Shown in pieces: positions 1 to 12,100 of a stretch of DNA of 53,063 nucleotides. Position 1 is the first letter of the stretch; every line of letters begins with the position of its first letter. The DNA is from Perkinsus olseni (Eukaryota): positions 1-53,063 of the forward strand of contig JABANN010000207.1 of NCBI GenBank assembly GCA_013115125.1, in the 5' to 3' direction. Made by a program: the position numbers and the translations under genes. The notes below the pieces were generated by a model. That model was not told the origin of the DNA. It saw only the letters and a list, made by a program, of their open reading frames with translations, and ran no database searches.

Positions 1-1168
1 AGTAGAGAAGGAGTCCGCGCAGGCGCTACATACGACAGAGTAGTCGCGGTGGCTGAACAAGTCAGCGGAGCCTACAGTTACTCCAGGAGCTCATCTCCTC
101 GACCGCCTGCTCAACTCGCGGGCGGGCGGGAACCCAGCGGGAGCCTACCTCTGGCTCAGAGGCTGGGAGCGAATGAGTAATCCGTTCCGCTAGTCTGCAA
201 GAGCAGGACACTGTCAGGGAAGCTTCCATTGAGCAGGACGGCATCATGCACAGGATGAAGGCCGTCCACCCAGCTGCCATGGTGCAGAGCAGTGAGTCAT
301 CCCTAAGCTGGGAGCCCTGACCTGTGCAAGCTGCAGTGGACCCAACATGGCCGGGCCAAGTGCCGCAGGCGAGCTTAACCACTGCCGGGCAACGGACTGG
401 GGTAGAGCGGAAAGGACCGACGCAGTGCGCAGTGACTGCCGCAGGTACTCGAAGCGAGCGAACAGCCCATCGCGGAAACCTGCGCTGTCCACACTGCGGA
501 ACACAAAGGGACCAACTCTGGGGGAGGCACAACGTGGACTGGCAAGTCTAACCCGAGGTCCATGCGAACTGCGCGAAGGACGAACCCAAGAGACTTGAGG
601 AAACAGAGCCCGGTCAACCCTTGGTCCGCAGGAAGATAGCGGGAGAGCAGAGCAGACCCGACAGTGCCGGATATAAACAAATTCGCTTAGCGGAGCGAGG
701 TTGGAGAACAGCTCTGCTGCCTCCATGTGACTTGATCAACATGATCAGAAGCAGCAAGGCTCCCGCCGATGGCGATGCCTCGCCCGCCACGGCAGATACT
801 CGTGCAGGAGACGAGACACTGAAAGATCGGAGACCGGCGTCTTCGTACCGCTGCTAGGCAACATCCCCGACGGGCCCTTCCAGAAGCTAAGCGATGATCT
901 ACTACGAGCCTCAAGTTTCACGCCGAAAGCCGGCTTAGTCGGACTAGCTCCGATGTCTGTCGACCCAAGAGGGTATTGGACCAATACTATTGGTTCAGAC
1001 AAGTTCATCGAGCCAGGAATGTCGCGCTCGTCCACGAGTATCGGACAAACATAGAACGCTTCCTTTCCTCCAGGCAGGAATCCCTTTCAGTAGTGGGGCG
1101 GTAGTGCACTACCAAATCCTAGGCGAATGATTGACGTGATCCTTTTAGTGTGGTACTGTTGTTCTCTA

Positions 1169-2305
1169 ATGTGGAAGGCCTACGTAACGGTGTTCCTCGT
1201 AGCTTCGCTGTGCGTGATCTGCGAAGCTTCAGGAGTGGCACCGGATCCCTCCGACGGAATTGTGTCTATGCCGGTGAAGGGTGGCTTCGTTACAGTCAAC
1301 TTGGACGGCCAACGAGTAAATCTTCTCCTGGATTCTAACTTCTTCGAGATCTCTGTAGTCGATGGCGATTGGTATGAGCGAGCGTACGGTGAAGGTGCTT
1401 GCCGGAAGAGGGAGAACTCGGGCTGCTACTTCTGTCCTGAAGACGCCCCCTGTGACTTCGACAACGACTCGTCATCATCGACTACTCGCTTCGATGGCGG
1501 TCTCGTCATCAGGACCATATCACGCTCGGGTTCCCTCGAACTGGATGGCCAAAATGTCGACCTGATTTTTAAAGTTTCCAGGCCCGTGGGCTCCAACCGT
1601 GACGCTGGGCTGAAGGCGTTCTTTGGGATCTCTTTGCTTCCGAAGGGACCAGATCAGATCGAAGGCAGAGAGAGTGTCCTTGATTCCCTCGTTCGGGGTG
1701 GCGTCATTGGCCGTCTGTCTTTCTCGCTTCAAACCAACATCAGCCAAGTCTCCGATTTCGCCTCCGGCCAGCTCACGCTCGGTGGCAAGGCGGATGACAA
1801 CTACACCTTCCTGAAGCTCGTGGAAGACCAGCGGTACCATCGTGCGTTTCCTGCTGTATGGGTGTCGTCAATCAATCTCGCGGACACAGGCACGAAGCCA
1901 CGATCGGCGAGAGAGCACGCGGCCCGAACCCCGTTTGTTGCCTTCATGGACACTGGCGCCAACGGCATTTACGTTCCTCGCCCAGATCTACTGAATGGCA
2001 TGAAGCAGAGGCTGTTGTTGAGGTGGCAAGGCAATGGTGTGTGGAAACGAGACGCCAAGGGGTTCCTGCACGTGAAGGGGCAATCTTGCCTCGACCTGCC
2101 TCAGCTGAACCTTCGACTGAGTGACGGTATTGATGCTGTTCCGATAAGGATACGTCCGAAGCATTACTGTGTTACCCAACGAATAGGGGAAGATGTGGTA
2201 CTCGTGCAGGAAAATAGTATTAAAATACTGGGAGCACCGTTCTTCAAGGCCTACAGTGTTTATGTTGATTACGTTGATAAAAAAATTGGCCTGCTTGAGA
2301 ATTAA
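1169..2305 (+). CDS. Secreted pepsin-like (A1) aspartic protease, intronless
   Basis: Signal-like N-terminus MWKAYVTVFLVASLCVICEA; first lobe VNLLLDSN, second lobe FMDTGAN; LSFSL..GQLTLGG; C-terminal ILGAPFFKAYSVYVDYVDKKIGL typical of the pepsin family. An upstream in-frame ATG at 1127 is also possible. Confidence 0.9.
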   Translation: MWKAYVTVFLVASLCVICEASGVAPDPSDGIVSMPVKGGFVTVNLDGQRVNLLLDSNFFEISVVDGDWYERAYGEGACRKRENSGCYFCPEDAPCDFDNDSSSSTTRFDGGLVIRTISRSGSLELDGQNVDLIFKVSRPVGSNRDAGLKAFFGISLLPKGPDQIEGRESVLDSLVRGGVIGRLSFSLQTNISQVSDFASGQLTLGGKADDNYTFLKLVEDQRYHRAFPAVWVSSINLADTGTKPRSAREHAARTPFVAFMDTGANGIYVPRPDLLNGMKQRLLLRWQGNGVWKRDAKGFLHVKGQSCLDLPQLNLRLSDGIDAVPIRIRPKHYCVTQRIGEDVVLVQENSIKILGAPFFKAYSVYVDYVDKKIGLLEN

Positions 2306-3545
2306 CGTGTGATGGTGTCGTCATGGTGTACGAGAAGGATTACTGTTGAATGGAAGTTTTCAATTGACTTCGTCTATGTACCAATTCGAAGGCGACCGCG
2401 TAGTGTCTGAGTTTCAACGCCGATGACCGTCTTAGTCAGACCAGCATCGATGTATCTTGTTTCAAGAGGGACGAGTTTAGGTAACCTCATCGGGCACGGA
2501 AAGTACGTTCGGGCAGAGGGTAAGGCAAGCGTGTAGTGCTTCGGAAGTACGGACCTCGTCGGTAAGCCCGACTATGATGAAGGTCCGTACAGGATACTCT
2601 GCTGCTGGTAGCTCGTTGTGGCAGGAGAGTTGCCAATACTAGAGTATCGAGGGAGATCTCATCTCCGGTAGCGACCAGCTCAACACAACAACACTCAAAT
2701 GGTGGTAAATTCACGACGCTAGACATGATGCCTTCACTGCTGCCTGTGAGGGAACACGACGACGCCACATGTGGCGTTGATGGATGCTGGCGGCCTCTTC
2801 TCTGGGGACTGCCAAAAGAGGGAGAAGTGGCGATCATCACCCCAGGGCGTCCAACCTACCATGGCGCTCCGCGTGAGGGCGGACGAGGCACGAGATTCCC
2901 TTCCCCCCGGCATACAGGAAGCGTGGTAGATGACGCGCTGGAAAGTTGTCTCTCCCAATTTCAAGTTCCGCTCTGCTTCGCTCCGCTGAGACTTTCTCAG
3001 CCCCTCGGCCGAGACTTCGGGAAGGCCTACCAAGTGCCTGTGGGTTCCAATGCGAAGGATATATCCATTTACCATTTATGGCCGGGTCAGGTCGAGTGCG
3101 GTCCCGGCAAGACTCCCTGATGGAGTAGCTAGCGTACTCTCCCGAGTCTTGCACACGACGGCAGCTCTCAGAATAGCACAGTCGGGAGAATGGTGGCTTG
3201 AGGGAGGCAGGGTCGTCCGAGGGTGGCATCGGTTGGAAGAATCAGCTCCTCGAGATCGACTACGATTCACCTAGTTACGCAGCCACAATGTAGTTTGAGC
3301 GACACTCTCGTCAACCAAGATTCCCTCCGCCTCCCATGGGGGCCGATGATTGAGGTAACTCGACTATTGAGAATGAGAATCATTATTAAACTCCATGCGA
3401 CGCGTCGGCGGAGTGACGCAAAAGATTCTTCTCGTGAGTTACGCGATGGACATAACAGGTTAACCCCCTCAACACGATGAGGTGAATCGATGGTATGATG
3501 ATGTTGATGATGATGACGATGGAAACTGTACAAGTGGATTTCGAA

Positions 3546-6500
3546 TTACGCGATGCTGCTGCTGACCGTCTTGCTCTCGACCACCGCTATGACCTCCGAC
3601 ACGATCATCCTAGCCAGACTGTCGACTGATGTATCATCACCGTCCCTAGATGACTGGTCTAGGATGGTCTCAACTCGAGGCTCCTGCTGCTGCCCCTCCT
3701 CGGGCTTCTTTCTCTTTGGTATTTTCACCTCTTCCTCGAACCCCAAGATGATCTTCTGCGGCAACCTCTTGCCCATTTCGACCGACTGAGGCCTCGGGCT
3801 CCTTGAGCTGCTGTCAGGGGTCACATCAGGGGTCCCGATCGAGAACACCTACAGAAGAGAATCTGCGTCATCCTCCGCCCACCGTCCCCAAACCTCAGGC
3901 AACCGGGCTTGTCTGTCCAAATCGAGCCTGAGGGTGTCCCCTTGGGGCCGACGGGTTCTTCGACGACCGGCCATCGTGGAGTCGCAGCTCTTCGCCCGTC
4001 GAGATGACCTGTCGATGGTCGAAGCCGTCATCGACTCCGGGCCTGCCGTACGTCAGTCTCAGTGCCGCAGCTGAGGGCAGTCCCATGCTCCTGGAGGGCT
4101 TGATCGTAGCAGCAGCAGCAGCAGCACGACCTGACAGCGGCCTGCCGCTGCCGTCGCCGAGTCGATACCACCTTTCCGCAGGGCAGCTGTCTCCTGCTCT
4201 TCCTTCTCCTTAACCCTCCTCAGCAGGGCATCGTGCCGCAACTTGGACTCCTCGAACCTGATCCGAACTCTCGATAGCGGCCAGTCAGTAGCGGGACCCT
4301 CACAGACGATCGTGCAGCCCCGGGCGAGGGGCGGGAGCTTTCTTCGACTGCTGCAGGAAGGATCTAACCATGGCTTGCTTTGCCTTCTCCGCCGCCTCCT
4401 CCTCCGCCTTCCGCCGGTACACCTCATCGTGGCTGCTAAGATGGAGCCATACGACCAGAGGCACTCCGGAGACTTACAGAGAGGCGTGGAGGTCCTTCCG
4501 AGTCGGGGTCTTAGGAGTAGTCCGAGAGCCCACGCTCGAGGCCTCCAGAGCTTTCCTGACCAACAACAGTCCGATCGATGCCGACCCTCTGCCCTCACTC
4601 CCTCATCCTGCGTATGCGCTCATCCCTAGCAGCTCTCTCACGATACAGGTTTTCATGTACCCTGCTGCTGCTGGCGGTGGGGGATCGGAGGCCACCCAGG
4701 GTGGAGTTGCTGGCAGAAGGGGGTCTGTATCGACCCATCGACTTGCGCAGATTTGGTTGGTAGGTACCTGTGCGAGCGACCTACGATCAACACCATGAAA
4801 GAAACTGCCTCCACACACTCCACGACCATAGCCTGCCGGGGTCGCTGCCCTTGGCAGAGCCAAGGTCGGCATCTACACGAACTTGCCCAGATTGGGCAGC
4901 CCAGGGAACGGGATGGCTCAATAATGCTACCAGACATTTATCATTAGCATTTTAATTACGATATTCCAATATACACTCTTCATGCCTTAATGCCATCATT
5001 ACCCTATAGAGGGCACACCGACAGAAAGGCACTAGGCAGAACCCGAAGAGGGCCCCCCCTGAGGGCGCTACATTCCCTCTCTTCCTCCGCCTTCACTGCT
5101 TTGGCCAACTTCTCGATTCTCTCCTTCCGAGCCTTCGATTCAGCATACCTGACCAAACTCGTCACTTTCACAATTACACACCATCAACTCACAATCGATG
5201 ATGGCTCAGGCTCTTCCGCTTGCCTCCGGTGTCGGTGCCGGGGATCGAACCCGGAACCTTTCCCTCCTTCCTCTCCACCCTAGAAGCAGGCTGGACGGCG
5301 CCCTTCTCTACAAACAATATTTGCGCTTCGCTCCGCTAGAAAACCGCATCACTTTCTCTTGAGACTTTAGGTAGGAAGCCTTGGCACTGAGCAATCTCCC
5401 TGATCTCAGCCTCCTCCTGCAGCCGCTCCAACTTGGCACGTCTCCTCTCCCCGTCCGCGTACCTGATCGAAAGATGGACGGCGAAGCAGCCAACAGCAGA
5501 GGTACAGTCTGTCGGTCATCTCGCGGATATCGACGCTCTTATTCCCTCCGCCTGGCTTCTTGAACTAAGACTTGAGATTGACAAGCTTCAACCTAAGATA
5601 CTCACTCTGCCAGCATCTATCTTGGCCCTCTCCTCTTCCGAGTATTGCGTTGCTAGTTGCTCCAGCTTCGCCCGTCTCGAATCCAGCGCATCTTCTGACC
5701 CGTGAAATGCCAGCTCGACCTCCCCGTCCCCCGGCCTACTGCTCATGCGCTCCACCATTTCCACCACACTGCTGTTCTGCTGGGCTACAGACTCGGTCGA
5801 CACAACGCTGGTGTTTAGCGACCTTCGCGGTCTCGGAGGGGGACAGAACTGCCATTACCCACATGCCAAGCCTGCTGGCCCCCACCAGCCTACCCTGCTG
5901 GCCTCGATCTCTCGCCTCTCCCTCTCCGCTGCCTCCTCCTTCAACTTTTGCAACCTCATAGCCCGGGTGTCGGCCTCCTGCTTACTCATCCTCTCCCAAA
6001 GGCCGCTGGACCCTCCGACCACCGACCCCTCCCCGCCCGACGTACCTACTACCGCCACGGCATCCTAACCAGCCGCCGGAATTCTCGAAGCGTCCCAGTA
6101 CGGAGACCCAGGCCTGTAGGTGATGGGCCATACCCACTTCGAGTCGTTAGTCGGGCCTTGGCCATCGCTTCCTTCAACTTAGCGTCCTCCTCTTCCACTA
6201 TCGATTTTTCCAAATCCTTTCGTCTAGCTTTGCGCTCAGCCCCCTCTGCGTACCTATCAGCGAGCCAAGGACCGCCCCAACGGCAGCCATGGTCGCTCAC
6301 AGTCGTTCGAATCGGCTGGTGCCTGACTGGCCGCCGATGGGCACCGACACAGGAGGCTTCATGGGGCTCTTGTGACCCGGCCCACGATGACTGAAAGGAG
6401 CTGGACTGTCTGCTGGGCGTCGAAGATGATGGCAGTGGACCATAGGCTACATTGCAGTAGGAAGCCAGAGAACGACCACCCTCACTCGTCAGTCGAAATT

Positions 6501-7243
6501 TTCCATCTACGAAGCACCGCATTAAGGTATTGAAGTCTGGGTACGCTGAGAGCCTGGTTGGAATGTCGTCCAGTATCCGGGGTTCCGATTCGATAGAGAG
6601 GTTGTCGTAGCATCGGTGGCAATGCGCCCCCACAGTGCCCACGACCGTCCTACGTCTCTTTAGAGACCACCTTCCGTCTTCCAGTGGCCGTGCCCGGTCC
6701 CTCTAGTAACTCGTCCATTCTCTTCTGCGCCTGGGCCGTCGCCAACCTATCCGCCCTCTCCGCCCCATCTGCGTACCTGATGGTCCCCTGCAGCCGTGCT
6801 ACTCCTAGACCACCTACAACCGCTCGAATCGATCCAGTGGCTGGTCCAGTAGAGAGCCCGTCTCCTTGGCGCTGCCGAGTGGCTGACAATGTAACCAGCC
6901 TCAAGACGGGTACTGCCACTTCCCCTATTACCTCCACCTCCGTCAAGCTCTGCTCGGTGGCGCTCGGCCTTATGCCGATAGTTGATATGATCTCCTTTGC
7001 CCTCTCCAACGCCCTCTCACCTGCAGCAGCTGTACTGAGCAGTGTTGCTACCCTACTTACTATCCGAGACTGTTGCGGTCTGGTCCCTTGGTGCCTCCGT
7101 CACCCTACTACTAGCGTGAGGACTGCTGTTGGCGGTACTGATGCTAGGGCAGCCCCCACCACCTGCTGCTGCTGATACCGAACCTTTTCAGACAGCAAGG
7201 AGGGCCGCAGTGGCAGCCCCAGATGGGACTTGAACACGAGCAT
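3546..7243 (-). CDS. Multi-exon uncharacterised coiled-coil protein with repeated RY(A/F)(D/E)G-..R..K/L-rich modules
   Basis: Minus-strand segments repeat the same motif: IRYADGAERADRL, DRYAEGAERKARRKDLEK, IRYADGERRRAKLERL, VRYAESKARKERIEKL, IRFEESKLRHDALL. Exon boundaries and start not resolved. Confidence 0.55.
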
Positions 7244-7868
7244 AACTAAGAGACTTTTCACCCTCTTCGACCGTCGATCTGGTACGTGACTAACTCCCCT
7301 AAAGCGAATGACCTCGAGAACTCCGCGCAACGCCGCCAGGAATGTGACAGCCGGGTTGAGCGATATGCGGCGGCTAGATCGGCTACATCGAGACTTCTAC
7401 TCAGTTAACTTCAACCAGTCGGGCATCGACGACATGCAAGCGACGGACCACCCAGGAGCATTTCTGAGGGGTATCGCATACCCACTTTGCGTAACCACCT
7501 CTACTGGAGCTGCTCTTGAGGGACCAACAGTCGACCCAGCCGGAGGGGCGGCATCGATGGACTCTGTGCTGTGTTTGGTCTGCCCAGGAGGGAGGAGGAG
7601 GTATCGAGTGTTCGCCACCGACACCACGCCACCTCTGATGATGCGTGAGTCCCTCTTGTGGCGGCCAGAGGGGAGTTGCCAACGGCTGGCGTGTCCTCAG
7701 ATGCCGGACAGGGAGGATCCTCATCGACGATCATGTCAGGCTGGAGACGATTAGACGACGATAGACAAAAGTCAAACAGGAACCAACTCATCAGCACACC
7801 ACCCGTGATCGATATTAACAACACCCAACCCTTTCAACAACAGCGCTGGTCAGAAACATGATAGCCGG

Positions 7869-9115
7869 TCAAGTATCCTCAGGCGGAGTAGGGTCGAGGA
7901 GGTGCTGTAGCTGGGCTGCCGTATTCCTCCTGACCAAGTCCGCAGTGGTGGCGATCGACCCCATCTGCCTTCGCCGCAAACAGTGCTCGTATTGGCCCAT
8001 CGTCAAGGGCTCAGGGTAGTGCTGATCCAGGCTGATGCATTGAAGACTCTCGCAGCGTATCATGTCAGCTACCGTGGACTCGTCTACGGCCCACTGAACC
8101 TACCGTTGAGGAATATTGAGATCTGGCAAGACTGCAAGATGTGGCTAAAGACTATTCGTAATTTCGTGGCGCGCGGGTATCATTTACATTAACGTAAGTG
8201 TCCTGGATTTCCCCATCCATCTCTTTCACTTTTTCCGACTGACTTCTCCACCACCGCTGAATTATAACAGCCGCCTGAGCGTTGAGAAATTGCAAGATTA
8301 CGCAAGATTTCAAGACCCTACTTGAGTCTTCACAGGTAGATCTATACCAGGTAGAATCTGCTTCACCACTGCCTCCACGTGCTGCACCAAGTCTGCCAGG
8401 ATTCTTTCAACCCCAACAAAGTCACCGTCACCACCTGTCTGGTCGATTATCCGCCGCCGTACGAGTACTTGGTCAATGATCTTCCTCACAGACCCCTGGG
8501 CTCCCGCAAACCACAACGTGACTCCGCGGGAACTGTACTCCTCCGCAAGCTCTTCCAGGCCCTATCAGGAGCCGAGTAAGGGAAGAGACGGTATCTTAGT
8601 TTCAACCTGGACTGCTGTGGCGTCGACTATAGGTACTCCACCGAGTTGGATGACGACTGCCTCTACTGGCTTGCTACAGTACGCGGCGTACTTCTCTTCA
8701 GTTTTCAGTAACCTGGAAATAGCCCCGCTCGAAAATACGGAAATTTCCCCTCTTCCTCACTTGTCTTTCACATACTCCCAATTAGCGAATATCAACGGCC
8801 CATTGACACCAAAGACCAAGATTCCCGGTATGGTCTTGGCGCTCTGCGGCCAGTATTTGATAGCTCTCCATTGGCCGTTACTCAACCTAAGATACGTCGA
8901 GGACCTTGCCTTAGCCTATCTTTCGAGCCACGACGTGATTTCTGGTACCAAAAATTCGACGAAAAATTGAAAAGTCCAATGCGAGAGGCCCTCCGAAGAG
9001 CGGGGGCCCGGCCCACCCCGGGGGGGGGGGGCGCGGGGGGGGGGCCGGGGGGAACCCGCGGGGGGGGGGGGGGGCGNNNNNCCGCACCCCCCCCCCCCCC
9101 CCCCCCCCCCCCGCG

Positions 9116-9154
<39 letters not shown>

Positions 9155-12100
9155 ACCCCACCCCCCCCCCCCACCCCCCCCCCCCCCCCCCCGCCCGGCG
9201 GCCCCCCCCCCCCCCGGGGGGGCGGGGCCCCCCGCTCTTCGGAGCCTGTGTCACACAGGCTGAGTGGGGCTGAGCATCATCATCGAACCGTTCGATTCGA
9301 ACGTGTTGTGCCGATCACCCGGAGAAGTTTTTGGCAGCACTCGTGCTGAGTTAAGACGTATTGAAAATCCTCGCGGTCCACCTCTCTTGACTCAGCTCAC
9401 CTTCCCATAGCGAAGGAGGGCGGCAACGCTATTGAATAGATCATCAGAGTCACTGATAACATAACCGATAGGAAAACGCCTTGTAAGAGGCCAAATACGA
9501 GGGTCCCTGAGATGGCTGACGACCGAGGCCGGACGGAGGTGGACGGGCCCACCCATGAATGCCATCAGCCACACCGCAGCATCCCTCTTAGAGTGCGCTA
9601 TGAGCCATCTTGCGTGATGGAAGTCCATGAGGTGGGTCGCTGCGGTGATTATTATACCCGCTAGAGCGCATCGGGGTATCCAGTACCTGGCAGGCAGCTA
9701 CGGTGACCGACCGCTCGAAAATGACATTTTCCATTTGCCCGCGTGGAAGCATCCATTTCCCGACAAGACTCGTATCGAGAAAATGCTCATGAAGATGACT
9801 ACAATTCCCCTGGGAAATTCCCTCGTCCACCGAGTGAACGCCCGAAATTCGGTGAAACTGTCTAATGGATGGATCGAACTCGGATCGAAAACTCCCTGAG
9901 ATGGTTCATTGTAGCCCTCGCGGAGCCACCACTGGCGGCAACATCGGTGACAAGCTCTCCAACTTGGACCAACGATACCCACAATTAAGGCGCCTCTTAA
10001 GGATACGGTCAGCAGTACTGAAGCAGGTCTGTCTCAATGCATTCGGCAACGAATGATCTCAGCCCAAGTTAGGCTTGGTAATAACCGCTCTAATGATCGA
10101 GCGTAAAGCACCAATTCCGGCACAATAGTTAGCTTCTGATAACACAACTTCTGACAGAAATCTTCTGTTGCAGAAGTGTTCTTCTGACTAGGGTTTGCTT
10201 CCCGCCTTGTATGTAGAAGATAAATGGGCGAGGGAATCAGAGTAAAGGCCACCGTCGTTGCACTGCGTATCTGGATAACCATGCTGAATGGACATGTATG
10301 CCACTCCCTCCTCACCGAGTACTGGCAGCGGAACCACCCAACAATTTTGCCAGCTTGCGTCCCCCAAAACTGTACGAGTTGTTCAATACCATACGCTCTT
10401 TCGAAGACAGCCCAGACAATGGGTTACGCTGGTCTTTGGTGGCCCCTATAGTGGGATGAATCTGTGGAGATGCCGGTACGTAGTCACTGGCTGATCTTCC
10501 GACTCGCCCGTGTCACTGACACGGTGTCAGTGCCAGCCGCTACACAGAGAGTAACGTCCCCTGGTCCCTTGTGTGACTCTCTAGCTGGTTGAAGGCAGCC
10601 CGTAGGACTGCCGGATCCATCGTAGCAAGGGTCTATCAGGATGATTCCTCTGAAGATTCGAAGTCCAAGTTGTTATATTTCGCTGCTATGAACTCTGACA
10701 GCAATTCCGTCCCAGAACCGCTGCTATCATAGACACCGAGGGAAGTAATTTTGCGGCGGGCAAAAATCTTGGTACGCGCTAAGGTTCCGAAGTGACGGAG
10801 ACCATACGCCTGCAGCGGCAGCAGTGCTGCCTTCCTACTGGCGTTAGAAGGCTTCGAACTCACGTCAATCCACATAAGTGGCACGCAGAGAAAGAAAGTG
10901 GCGCGCCGGAGCAATTCCATAGCCCAGAGAGATTGCCAAAATTACCAATTTCGTTGAGCCCACTCAACTCACATGAGTGGGGTAAGCAAGGCCAGCACCC
11001 CGACCGCCACTACCGCTGCCACCAGTCCCGCTACCTGAAAGGCTCGGCCCAGCTATCGAGGGAAGGTTTGGACTACCTGTGATTTCACACCACTCGCGTA
11101 TCCGAGGGACGTCCGAGACATCCCTCCCTGGACCGGCATAGCACCAAAGAGGGAACCTGAGGTTGGCCATGGACTTGCATGAATTATGACATTATAGCAC
11201 TGCGCACAGCGAAGGATTCCGGGGGACTAGAAGTCCCTCGGAACCTACCAATGATATTCGCTGCACCCAAAGCCGTCAGCTCGGTCCCCGCGTTGATATC
11301 ATACCTTGACGCGAGTAAGTCACGGATTATCGGAAGATACTCAGTCGCTGCTGCAGCGGGTGCTCACCGGTCGACGATGGCGAACTTCTTGGCGGGGGCG
11401 TAACTCGAGATGAAACACATAAGAGAGACCATGAACCTGGAAAAAGAGGGAGTTGAGGAAACGCTAGAGAGCAAGATTTCGAGTCATCATCACCCGTTCG
11501 GAATGACCTCTGTGATTCCTTCCAAAGACGGCAAACTGAATGACGGTAGACCAGAAGGGACTTCGCCAACCTGACGAAAAGAAACTCCCACACCCGACTC
11601 GGGTAAGTAGATAGTATCCAAGGCCGAAGCTTGCAGAAGATACAACACGCTCTCAGTGGTTCGAAGATCCGAGGAAGGCCAGGATGTGCACTGAATTAAG
11701 ATCCAGCCCTCACCCTCGACACAAAAGTGGTTAGTGCCAGGCATGCCGTAAACGCGAAGCCATCGCGCATAGTCTCAGGGCTCAGTTACGGTTCCTCACA
11801 GTTACAAAGACCTCTGATATTCAGCCAAAAATGGCCGCTCGAAAATGCCACAATTCTTCGACCGGGAATTGGCCGAGGTGCTCTTTGCAAGAGCAAAGAA
11901 AGGCCGTGATGATGAAGTTGATAGTATTACATGCGGGATGAAGTCCTCCACCTCCTCCGGGTATAGGGACGATATTAACCAACATAAGATAGTAGCGACG
12001 ATCACTATACAACATGTCATCATGGCACAATAAAAGGTTGAAAGATACCCTTACCTGCAATAAGCTCTTTAAACTGAGACACCCGCCTAAGATACGGTGT

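Noticed and set aside
1-1050. Several overlapping 80-160-aa ORFs
   Set aside because: No recognisable domain or consistent exon structure; left unannotated.
2900-3200. Possible LTR-retrotransposon RT remnant (DFGKAYQVPV...RLPDGVAS)
   Set aside because: Only short motifs in different frames, with no YxDD or flanking LTRs; too weak to call.
8871-9263. Poly-proline / poly-glycine ORFs (formin- or extensin-like)
   Set aside because: They derive from low-quality homopolymer sequence around an N-gap inside a SulP intron.
8200-11750. Apparent degenerate LINE ORF2 on the plus strand (YFSSVFS, GGLEVP, LNGH..C..C look-alikes)
   Set aside because: The minus strand gives a coherent, correctly spliced SulP-STAS protein across the region; the plus-strand motifs are shadow translations and no YADD or QG motif is present.
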